From Intoshia linei (Eukaryota > Animalia > Orthonectida), in assembly GCA_001642005.1 (NCBI GenBank), contig LWCA01000127.1, positions 1 through 49,820 of the forward strand: 49,820 nucleotides of DNA, in the 5' to 3' direction. The notes beneath the pieces were generated by a model, which saw only the letters and a list, made by a program, of their open reading frames with translations, had not been told where the DNA came from and searched no databases. The stretch's first letter is position 1. Each line of letters opens with the position of its first letter. Both the position numbers and the translations under genes were made by a program. Shown here in pieces: positions 25,600 through 43,082 of the stretch.

Positions 25600-25830
25600 T
25601 TGTTATTTCAAACAGACTCTCTGTCAAAGACAAAATAAAATCTTTTACTACATTAAAGCCTCCTAAAAATAGTACGCAGTTGCCTGGTTTATTAGGGATG
25701 TTTAATTATCAACATTGCTTTATCACAAATTACTCAAAAGTTAACTTGAAAACTTAGTTTGAAAAACGGTGCAGTATTTAATAGTCCCTTGTATCACAGA
25801 ATGCATTTGAAGTTATAAAAACATTAAAAA
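25600..25830 (+). mobile_element. Ty3/Gypsy reverse transcriptase (thumb/connection) relic
   Basis: Translates KDKIKSFTTLKPPKNSTQLPGLLGMFNYQHCFITNYSKV...LKNGAVF...QNAFEVIK, matching the Gypsy P.P....L..FLG..NYY..FI..FS...AF..LK pattern. Confidence 0.7.
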
Positions 25831-25886
25831 TTGCTACTATCAGTAAGCATGCATATCGAGCCTTATTTTCTTGTATTCCTTTAACT

Positions 25887-26162
25887 CCAGGGTCGGCAAC
25901 CAGTAGCCGATAGAATAATTTTGGTAGTCTTTAGAGTAAATATGTACAATGTACATTATTTATTTGTATACTTTTGGCTCATTATAATCATTTAATATTG
26001 AATTTTCAGATCTCCCTGGATTTTATTTTGTTGAATATACCAGAACTATCTCTTTTCAGTTAAAATTGAAATGTAGCATATGTAAATTTTCAAAAACGGG
26101 ACCCGTATAATTTTTTGGTATAAGAACGTGGCCCACGAGATTCAAAAGGTTGTCAACCTCTC
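25887..26162. mobile_element. hAT (Charlie-like) MITE
   Basis: Ends CCAGGGTCGGCAACC...GGTTGTCAACCTCTC, flanked by CTTTAACT and TTTTAACT (8-bp TSD with 1 mismatch). Confidence 0.65.
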
Positions 26163-26897
26163 TTTTAACTAATGATTAAACCTACTTATATGAATGTGAA
26201 TGATCATTATAAATGTAGGAAACACTACAATGTAGTGTTTCAATTTTACCGACTTTTTCATTACCGGCAATGACTTTTTAAAGAATGGCTTAAATCATCT
26301 TTAAATAAAATAAGGTATAATGAACAATGTAATTACTTTTACGATGAAGAATTCATTAAGAATAGATAAAAACAATTTTACATACAAAATAGTCCATCAT
26401 AAAAACACAATAAAAATTTAGTTATCAGAGGTTGCACTGTATTATAATTATGTATTTGGGCAATTCTATGATAAAACGACAAATTTTTCCCTTGTGTTTA
26501 AAAACAAATTAACCCAAAAATGTAATAAAACATACATTCGAGACGGGTTTTAAAATCATTAACATTGTCGTCAATCTCAGCCTTAGAAACGCATACCTTC
26601 ATGATCAAAACTACAAATGACCCTTTGTTTTAAAAATGAAACATGTCCTAAAATTTTTTTAAACATAAATTCTGGGATAGTTTATAAAGTCATAAACATT
26701 ATCATAAATGGAAACCTCAAAAAAGATAACTTCAACGATCAAAACCCCACATTACCATTTTTTTTTAAAATGAAAATGTAATTGTAACAAGTATTAACCA
26801 CTGAAATTTAAAATTTGTGTATATACAAGAATCGCCATGTTTTTATACAGCAAGGCCAATTAATAAAATATATATAATTTAATTTTCCAAGCAAAAT

Positions 26898-29800
26898 TCA
26901 TAAAATAATTTCGTGTCGGTGATTCCTAGTAAGATTTTTGTACGGTAATACGATACTATCCTTTATCATTTTACCATCAATTATTGATACTGAATTTCCT
27001 AGTACTGTAGTACAAGGGTTCAAACTACCATCCGTGAACAAACAGCTTATTGAAATTATAGAATCTTTGACATTTGGATTTACTTTTGATTCAGTTCCTT
27101 CAATTCGGCAGTGTTCATGTATTTTACAATTCCATCCGATAATACTATTGGATATTAAGCTATAATTCTAAAATACTATATTACATTGATATTTATTAAA
27201 TACTAAAAAATTAGAATACTAATATGAGATTATAAAATAATTAGACAATAAAAATTTATATACACATTGTACATCGAGCGCTAGTGCACGCTAACCAAAT
27301 CAAAGTTTTAAAGATAAATTAAATATTAAATCTAATTATTTCACTTAAAATATACTTTAATATCAACATTTTCCAAAATTATAGAATTTTTTATTCTGAC
27401 CCCTTTGCCAATTGTAACATTTTCATCTATAGAAACATTGGGTCCAATCTAAAAGAAATTAATAATATTAAAATTAAATAAAACTTTGGAAAAATTGCCA
27501 ATTTTGACGGAATCATGAATATAGACATTTTCAAGAATAATGACATTATTCAAATGATTATAATCTCGGTCTGCAATTTTTGACAAATAGTATGCATTTC
27601 CATAAAGTACAGAACTGGGATCTTTCATAGGAATCCAAAATTCATCGGTGTGAACACCTTTTATAAGGCCTTGTTCAACTAGTCTCGGGAATATGTTATT
27701 TTCCAAACTTATTCTCAATTTTGTGCAATCAATATGTGTTTTTTCTATTTCCTTCTTTTGTTTATTCATAACATCTTCCAAAATTTGAACAATTCCACTC
27801 GAAAATACGTAACATCCAGTACTAATTTCACAAGAAACAAATGTTGAGGGTTTTTCAACAAAATGCTCGATAGTCTAATTAATTAAATAAACATTTATCA
27901 CAAAAAATATATAAATACAAAATACTCGTAATAATAGATTATTGTAGTTTTAGCTTTTCATTTTTTAAAAAAAGATAATTTGTGGTTTGTATCATGAAGA
28001 TGTAAGTTTCTGAGGTGAGAAATACGTCAATGCTTGTGATAAAACGCATAAATAATAATGTTTTTTAAAATACTAGAACTCGTTTGATTTTTAAAAAAAA
28101 CAATACTGGGAGTTTTTGAGTCTGACTTTCTCAATTTCTGAGAATAAAATTTGCGGTACTGTACCATTCTCGAAAAACTGTATTGAAAATAGAGTTTTAA
28201 TAATATTTAGGAATCCTAATTTTTTAATTAAACAGTAGCAACAGACATTCAATTGTATAATCAAACCCAATAATTTTTTTGATACTGCGGCATATTTTGA
28301 CGGTCATTCAAAATTGCCAGATATTTAAAGTGCTTCTAAATTGCAAAAGAGAAGGTTGAATAGTGCAAATTTAATTTAGTTGGCTTTAATGACGGTCATT
28401 CACTATATCGAGTATCTATAGCGATTTAGATTACAATCACTATATATTTATTTACATTTTGTCGAATGTGAGACATTTCTAAGACCTAACCTGTCAATTA
28501 TGAACGCGTTTCAGTACTCCCCTATTACAATATTTTTTTGTTTATTAATTCATTCCGTGAGTCAATCCGGGAACTTTAAATGTCTCAAAATGTATTTTAA
28601 AATAAATAACGTGACTGTCAGTCCACGAAAAATACTGTAGTATGTTATGACTCTAAGAATATCTTTGTTAGACAAAAAATATACTAAGCTAACAAATAAA
28701 TGTAATTAAAATGTAAGTGTACATTAGAATCGTTTTGATAAACAACACATCCAAAATCTTGAGATTGATAATCTGCAACCTAAAATGATAATACATACAT
28801 AATTTAAAGATTTACACTTTTACTCTTTTCCAATCATTGACGATTCTATGGATCAAAACAGTTATAGGGTAATTTTAAAAAAAACTAAAATATTAATCTA
28901 AAACCGCATTATCTTATTAATAATCACCTTATCTAAATAGACCATTAAATGTACCTTTAAAATTTTTGTCAAAAAACAGTAAATTAAATTGAGATTATTG
29001 GAAAGGTGGCAACCTACAATTATGAAATATGGTGGTGTATTATGAAAAGTGACACTCCATTCAAAACCCTATATTGATAATAAATATTAAATTATTACTG
29101 TCTTAGTCAAAAGTGAGGCAATACAATCTTGATTAGAATTTTTCATACTTTCATCAATAAATCGACCAATTAAAAAATTTCCACAAATATCACCATTTAA
29201 AACTAATACATTTTCAGTTTTTTGGAATACGTGTTTAGCCAAAAGTAAAGCTGCGCCAGTTCCAGTAATAGTTGTCTCTTTCAAATATCTATGATAATAA
29301 AAATTGACATTTACCAATTATGAAACAATTAGTTTAATTGGCAATCCCTACTTGTATTAAGTAAGAGTTGCTTAAAATCTGTTTGTATGTGTAAGCATAT
29401 ATTTATAAAATTGAGAGTTCCAGAAATGTATAAAGATGTAGAAAATTTTTACAATTTTTTTTCATTACAAAGATGTCACTGTCTGAGTTAAAATATTAAA
29501 ATAATTGGCAAATCGTTGCCAGAAAAAAAATCCTAATAAGTACTATCAAGGTTAGTTTATTTGGTGTTAACTCTAAAGCAAAAACTACTTATTTATGATG
29601 ACTAGGGCAGTTTTTTATGACAAAATTCCATTTTTTATATGATAATCAGCATGAAATTACAACATCATGATATCAATATTATGTTTATTAATTAGCTAAT
29701 TAACAATTTATAAAGTCATTAAATGCCATAAAGTAAGTTTTTTTTAAAATGCCATAAAGTCAATATTTTTTTTTAAGGATATTCGACTGAATATGATATG

Positions 29801-32800
29801 ATATCATGAAAACTTATATTTATGATATAATGAACAATAAAATTGAACAAATACCACCTTATCTATACAATTTATTAAGAAAAGCGCCATCTACCACAAA
29901 TAGTGTTGGACGTAGTTTCAGTTTGTTAAAAAAATTGCTAACTAAACAGAGGCAATTTTTACCAGATAATGTTAAGAAGTATATTATGTTATACTACAAT
30001 AAACATTAATAATTTTCAACATCTCTAACATCACACAATGAGATTTACATCGTTTGTTCCATTTGCAGTTCCTTGTTATTCATATTTATTATTACACGCA
30101 TAAATATTGCTTATTTTAAGTTTTATTCATATTAATTTATTATGTAAAGTGACCGACACCATCATGACCGGGCCTATGCGAATATTAAAATTAAGCTGTA
30201 TTAAATATTGTATTGATTTAATTTAAGGTTAAATTAGTTAAGAGTGTTAAGAGAGTTAAAAGAGTTACCTACTTTTCTGGCCACTTTAATTTAAACGTAA
30301 ATTTAAACATGTCTTTTGTTAAAATTCTAGGACATTTGATGAATAATTTGTTAACAGACACACACAAAAATACCATTTTATGCATCGTATTATTATGGAT
30401 AAAATACTTGAATTCAATATTCTTATATAGTTTCGAACATTTCAACAAAAATCTAGTCAATTTATCATCATTATCGTATGATCCAACCAAAATAATATCT
30501 GTAAATTTTTGAGTCTAAATAATTTATTAATATATTTAAATATTTAAAAAGTGTCGCCTTTTCTGATTTAAAACTTTTTTCAAATGAAAAGTTTAATGTG
30601 TGAAAAGTTTTCAGTAGGCCTACTCTATTCGGCAAAATTGGAATTCAAAATATTTAGCGAATATTAGAATAATAACATATAATAATAGAACCTAGTTTTT
30701 AGGAAAATGCTAACCAATTAAGTATCTTTACTTATATAAAGTAATATTCACGTCCAAAACACCAAATTACCCTTTTTTTTAAAATCATAAACGGCAACCT
30801 CAAAAAAGTTTATTTTCACGGTCAAAATCCCAGATTACCATTTTTTTAAAAAATAAAAAACAGCCCTAGAATTAAAAAAAAATTTATAGATGATACAGTT
30901 ATATCGAATTACCACACACAAAAAATTCCAATCTGACAAAGTGACGCCTTCACAATCAAAAAATAATTTTATTACATGTATTCATTTTTTTTTATTTCGA
31001 AACTATTTCATTAAAACAAAAAATTTAAAATAATTAACTGTCTTATAATTAAAAAAAATAAAGATTCTGATACAGCGTGTTCCAGTTGTTATAAATACAA
31101 AATTTCTACTCCAGAAATATACGCATTCCCGTTGAAAAATAATTTTTAATATATTATAATATTTACAACAATTATCAACCAATATTTTTCAAATCTTTGG
31201 TTTAAAATTCACCCGAAATATGTTTTTAAAGTGCTGATTCAGTTAATTATTCACACAATTGATATTTTTTATTCATCGAAAGCAGATAGTAATCATATAT
31301 CATCACATTTAAAAAGACAAAATCAGTATTTAGAATTTTATTTTTTGAAGAATTTAAGCTTTTTATGAAAATTTTTAGAATTGTACCGATTTTATTTTAT
31401 TTTGAAGATTATACCCACATTGTGTCTAATTGTTAAAAAAATGTGATCACCAAAATTGTTTTGAAAATGTTTGAAAATTTTTTACACAAATAACGAATAG
31501 TGGAAACTCCCTTATACTCATGTATTTTTATATTAAACAATATTAGGTGCATGATATTTGAAAAATCCTGCAAAAACTTCACATATTTAACATATAAACA
31601 TAAACATGTATATAAATAATTTAGAGTAAGGCTAAATATACGTAGCATAATAAATATACATGTATAATAAATAAACGTAGTAGCTAAATAGTAAATGATA
31701 TAATTTTGTTTGTATAACGCAACGTACATTTTTGTATTAGTAAATAAATTAAAATCCATCAAAAAAGATACAGAAAGAAAACGAAATAAAAGGAAATTGA
31801 AAAAATCCGATTTATAATAATTGTTTTAAAATTTTTTTTTTGTTAGCAAGCTTGTTTTTCATCAATTTGTCTTTTTATAATTATTGTAGAAATTTATTAT
31901 GCAATTATCTGAATTTATGATCGAATTACCACTGTACTAACTAATTCATAGATATTATGTTATTAATTTTTAAAAATAAACCTCAATAATTTGATCAATT
32001 ATATGCATTAAAATGGCTTTACCAGCAACAGGAAACAACGGCTTGGGGAGCGATAAAGACAAAGGTCGAAATCGGGTACCTAAATAATACATTATTATAA
32101 AAATTAAAATACACTAGATGAAATGAGATGTAACTTACTTATATCCTTATTAGTAATACGAATCGCATTATGTCGACTTGTAGTTCAGATGTATTCAACT
32201 AACACGAATGCTATTTATGACTATCAAAATAAAATAATGTTATTTTTGTGCGTGTAAGTAGTGATTATGCCGGGAAAAAAACCAGGACAAATATCCCGGG
32301 ATTTGTACGATTTCTGGGATTTCCCGAAAAAAATTGAGACATACCTGTATTTGATTTATGTTATTATGTATATTAATAATTAATATATATTATAATATTT
32401 AAAATTTAATCAAAAAAACCATTTCAAGCCCTCATGGAAAAATTGTCTTACACCAATATTCTTTTCAAAAATCCGATTTTAAAAATCTTATAATAAAAAT
32501 CCACTTCATCAAACCATAAATAAAAAATCTAATTTTCCAGCCCTTAATGAAAAAATATCTTTTTTCCAATACTTTTATTTTAACCACAAATTACTAACGC
32601 TTAAGGGAATTATCCTCTTTTTCCAATATTATTTTGAAAAGTATTATAAGTTGTTACGAACTGGAACGCTATCATCAAGATTGTTAAAATTAAAGGAAGC
32701 CCTTATGACCCTTCAACTTACGTCAACACAAAATGAAAGAAATTTCTCTACTGCTTCTAATTTCGTTACAAAACGTAGAACGCGTTTAAAAGACGAATCT

Positions 32801-33601
32801 ATCAATATTATGTGTGTTTTGAAACACTTTTTCAACAATCTAAAATTAATATATTTTTTTCTAATTAAATTTGGAAATTTTAATCTCGATTTTATTAAAT
32901 TTTTTTTTGTTTCTAAAATTTTTAATACTTCTATATTATATATAAATAAAAATTTTTTATTTCCCGGTTCTCGACTTTTGTCATTTACCGGGAAATCACA
33001 ATCACTACTTGTAAGATGCAAAAATATCGTGATATTTCAATTTATAGTATTAATTTGTTAATTGAATATGTCTGCACATAATCCAATATAGCTTGACATG
33101 ATGCGACATAAGAATTTCTATAATTTGAAAGAAAGTCGTTTATTAATTAACACTGAGGAAACTACGTTACTGAGTCCCTTCCTCACAGTGGCTTCGAAGA
33201 AAACGGGCCTCATTTTTCCATATTGAGCATTTACATAAATTATTTATTTCGATATCATAACTATCAATCCAGCCCGTGGACACGTTACGGCTATTAAATT
33301 AGGGAGAATTAGCAATATCGAATTTTTAGTATCAGATCGTATTATTAAATTGAAAGTTTCACCTTTTCCGTTGGATCATTTTGCATTAATTATATAAATG
33401 TGTTTTACCACATTGATAAGTATAAAATTTAATGCCATTACCTTAAATTAATATTTTAAATTACCCATTTTATCTTACAAATTGAATACTTTACATACAA
33501 AATTTGTACTGCTTATTAAAATATTTTACTATTAGAAATTTACCTTTATCGGGACCACCAATTAACAACACTGCCGCATAAATTTCATTTTTTAAGGGCA
33601 T
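26898..33601 (-). CDS. GMPPA: Mannose-1-phosphate guanylyltransferase alpha (GDP-mannose pyrophosphorylase A), 8 exons, 420 aa
   Basis: Exons 33601-33544, 32079-31982, 30514-30408, 29288-29099, 28779-28723, 27874-27485, 27448-27356 and 27167-26898 total 1263 nt. [30 protein letters not shown] has the alpha-type insertion relative to GMPPB GGYGTRLRP. Also NGDIC, HFVEKPSTFVS, IGPNVSI...GVRIKNSII, SIIGW and a C-terminal EIIL*. Confidence 0.93.
29602..30175 (+). mobile_element. hAT-like transposase C-terminal remnant in GMPPA intron 3
   Basis: ORF 29806..30009 contains APSTTNSVGRSFSLLKKLLTKQRQFLPDNVKKYIMLYYN (AP.TS..VERSFS...LL...R..F motif). Confidence 0.6.
30750..31460 (+). mobile_element. Diverged Helitron family A internal fragment
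   Basis: Shares the blocks AACAGCCCTAGAATT, AAGTGACGCCTTCAC and TACGCATTCCC with 47595..48846. Confidence 0.65.
32259..33007 (+). mobile_element. Internally deleted hAT element, copy 2 (same family as 21017-21690)
   Basis: TIR TAGTGATT...AATCACTA with TSD CGTGTAAG/CTTGTAAG. ORF 32651 is near-identical to ORF 21219 (RTGTLSSRLLKLKE...TSTQNERNFS...TKRRTRLKDESINIMC). Confidence 0.88.
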
Positions 33602-33919
33602 ATCGATTATGATTCAATAAATTTATAAACTAACTAATAAATTGAAATTTTGTTACCATATAATTTATAAAATCTAGATTATAAATAAATTTTGGATAAA
33701 TCTTCACAAATTTTCTTTCAACAAGTAAGATCTGATTCAGATTCAAGATGTTGTAAAGTTGAATCACTTATGTAAAATGTTAACCCATACAAATGTATGG
33801 GTTTACACCTTTAGTTTTAAACAGAGTTTCTAACCAGGTCTTTGGGTTTAATATAGCTGGTATTAGAAAATTTTAATATTGGGCGTTTATTTTCATATTT
33901 ATTTCATCGCTGTTTTCAT

Positions 33920-34173
33920 AAAAAAAGGGTAATTTGTGGTTTTGACCCTGAAGGTATATTTTTTTAAATTCTCGAACTCGTTTGGTTTTCGAAAAAATGA
34001 CAATTGGGCTTTTTGACCCGTAAAATGTGAGTTTGACAAGTTTAAATTTATTTTACTAACACCCGGAGAAAACTATAATTTAAATGTGGACTTAATAAAA
34101 TTATAGACTGGTAGTTATTGAAATAAACGATAACACACACACAGACAAACAAACCATATTATATAAGTAAGGA
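33920..34173 (-). mobile_element. Helitron family A, 5' fragment in the GMPPA/UGP2 intergenic region
   Basis: Reverse complement of A|TCCTTACTTATATAATATGGTTTGTTTGTCTGTGTG plus family body blocks. Confidence 0.7.
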
Positions 34174-34800
34174 TATATCAACAGTTTTAGCTGAATATTT
34201 TAGCTTTATTTTCTGGCAATACTGTACGTGGGTGTACTAACATTGTAAATACTAAATTTCACTGGAAATTGAAAACACCCCTACATTTTTTGTTCAGCTA
34301 TAAAATATGTCCAATGGACATTGTCCATATAATTGAATTTTATAAACATTCTGACCCGCGAGTTAATTAAATTGACCACCACTGAAATAGCATATAAAAA
34401 CAGTAAAATGGACATGTTACACTTTGACAACCATAACTATGAATGCATAGACTATAACGGTTTCGTTTAGACTATAATGGTTACATCTACACAAAATGTA
34501 ACAAATCTTATCTGTTTCTGGAGTACACATGTACATATTATAAAATTTATTAACATATTAAATAATAATTATTTCCATGATTTTTTGAGTGTTTATATTC
34601 TATCATTTAACCAAAGTTACATCAATTGTCTGTAATTTTCCAATTGCTAGATTGCGTTTCCGAAAAGATTATTGAATAAAATATAAAAATTTCAAGTCAT
34701 GAGAAAAAATAAAAATGTATGTATAATTAAATTGTTTAATAAAAGTAGTCTGCCAATATAATGTTTATTTTATTATTTATTAAATCTAACCAAGTTTATA

Positions 34801-40346
<5,546 letters not shown>

Positions 40347-41022
40347 ATTGTAATGTTGGATAACACTGTCTATAAATTAATAAATACATGAAATGTTTTG
40401 TTGTATGCATGATTTATAAATTTTAATCTTAATTTATATTCTAATTGAAATTCACATAATCATTAAAATGATCTGGTTTAACTATCAATTGAATTCATAG
40501 TGTGCAATAATCTTATTTATTTATCGATCAATTTATAATTAATGTAAATTTGAAAGTACATTTTATAAACTCTACTACTCTATAATCTATAAAATTAAAA
40601 TTAATATAATTTATTTACAATTAATAAATAGTATTTATTATAAATACGATAATTATCGTAGTAATTTGAATTGAAAAAATTAAGTACAGGTAAAGTTTTA
40701 ATTACACCAAAATTAGGAATGTGGAGTGTACCTAAATACAAATTGAGTAGTTGTATAGTCTTTATAACAATACGCGTGGAATCAGTGGATTAAAACTAAT
40801 GACTTGTTAATTTTTACCTATTACTAAACATTAATAGATAAAAGAAATTGAATCTATACATAAATGAATGTAATGACAATAATCTGTTACAAGTAATGAA
40901 ACGTTTGATTTATTATATTTAGCACAAATACTATAATTAAATCAAGATATGTTCCAATTTAAAATTTTTGATATATATTAATAACACGTATATGTATTAC
41001 ATATTTCAAATCTATCTTCGAG

Positions 41023-41374
41023 ATGGTTAATTATACTGACAGAGTTCTGAATAAAAGTGAAACACTTGTAAATATGTATAAAAATTCTCAAAAAATATAC
41101 CCCGTTTACCAATACATAACAATTATTAAAAAGAGGTTTTTTTTTAATTAATTTTTACTTGTAATTTTAGAGAAAGAAATACCCATCTGAGTGATGATTG
41201 GAAATTTATACCCATCAAGAAATTAAACTGCGATTATGTACTATTAATTAATGTTATGGGTGATTTTAGCGTTATGTGTGGACAGATATTTTTTTAATAT
41301 CAAACGATTTTTTAGCATGTAATCGACGGGAAGACTTTTGGAATTTATTGGGATCGTTCCAACGCGTTAATTAG
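41023..41374 (+). CDS. Candidate orphan 3-exon gene (94 aa or part of a longer gene); product unknown
   Basis: Exons 41023-41135, 41171-41237 and 41270-41374, joined by 35- and 32-nt GT-AG introns, keep one open frame. I recognised no homology. Confidence 0.35.
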
Positions 41375-43082
41375 ATTAAGAACGATAAATTTATTCACCT
41401 AACAGGCTAAATAAAAAAACTTAATTAAAAATAACATGTTGACTAGATTAAGTAGGTACACTGTACCAGACATAGTATATAGAAAAAGTTTCATCTTTAC
41501 GTTGATGCTGATGTGTCTAACTTTTACATATTATAATTTTATTTTAAATTAATTTTAGAATCTTATATAGATAAAAATTTTAGGATCGATTATGTTTTTG
41601 TTAATACAACGTTTTTCATCATGTTACTTTTGTTGAAGACAGGGCCGTGGAATCAATCGCCTCTGACATTGAGCTGAAAAAATGTTTTGAAAAATTTTTT
41701 AAATTTTGAAAATTATTTTTAGATTCATTGTTTATGCAAGGTTTTAGGTATTATTTCAGTGAAAATTTGTTTTTCACGGTAATATTTTTTAATAAATTGG
41801 GTACCATAAATTTGGTATTTAAGGTAATGTTTTTGAGTAAAACTAAAAGGTGGGATTTTGGATTGATTATCATCATCATTATTAAAATGTTAACCCTTTC
41901 ACTGTTTGAGAACCATCGGTGGTAATCAGTAAATATCTTGTAAATCTTTATTTATGCTCTTAAAACTTTATTTTTTTATCCAAACTATATAGGGGAGTTT
42001 TTAGTATATTTTTTTAGCTAAATTTTATAGGGGGGTTTTTAGGAATTTTTTTAACCAAATTTATAAATCATAACGAATAAACTAAATAATCTTCAAAAAA
42101 TTATAATGATTTAATTATATTATATATAATAAATAGATTTTCATGTTTTAGATTGTAGCAAAGTAGACAAAGAGCTTTGTTGCAAAGTGTACATTCCGCG
42201 GTCGTTTTTTTTGTTCTGAGTTAAACATTAAATTTATGATTTTGTCGTCAATAATTTGATTAAAAATATCAATAGGTGATATATTTTCAGGTGAAATTTA
42301 AAGCCAAAACTACTTATCTATGATGACAAATAAAAATTTTCGGCTAAAATTTATTCCAAATAAACTAAAAGTGATAGTACGTATTTTTCTGGCCACTTTA
42401 TTTAATATCTTCAGAAATAGTTGAAAGCCTATATCAGGGTAATATTTTGAATCAAACTAAAAAGTTTGTATTTAAATTGAATCGTTTCATCAAATGTAAA
42501 AAGATATTTTTATGATCAAAAAAGTGGGTCATTAATGGAAATTAATTAAGGGGAATTTGATTAAAATCAAACTAAACAGTGGTGTTTAAGACTCATTCCA
42601 TTTACCATACTTTAAAATCTGTTTTTAAATATATTCTTTTGCATTCAAACATAGAAAGGTTTTGACGTTATTTTTTGACAAATATTAGGCAGAATGTTTT
42701 TGGTTATATTTTCATCAAAGAAGTTTTAAGATTCAATTCGTGTAAAAATAAAAAACTTTTTTTGAGGTATTATTTGTGGTACTAGCAACATGCGAGATTT
42801 AATTAATTTGGTTAATGTTTTTTTACATTTTTTGGTCCGTCTCATTTCTATGACACCATTTCATTGAAAATCGCTCATATAACAAAATAACAAAAATAAA
42901 AAACAATTTAGAAACGTCCTGCAAGTCGAGACTATAATACAAAATCCAATACAATAATAAAAAGATTAGAAAAAACAAAAGACAACATTCGAAATGTAAA
43001 AATTTCAAAAAATTCAAACGTGTGCTTTGGTATCTACACAAAAAAAATTGTAATAAAAAATAAATTTTAATAACAATTAAAA

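Noticed and set aside
26898-26940. Suspected frameshift at the GMPPA C-terminus
   Set aside because: Careful reading gives LTRNHRHEIIL* in frame. The model totals 1263 nt with no disruption.
33260-33385. Weak resemblance to an SSU rRNA 3' end, U3 box A (GGATCATT) or an SF1 helicase motif VI
   Set aside because: Only short scattered matches. There is no helix 44/45 pairing and the helicase motifs are not convincing.
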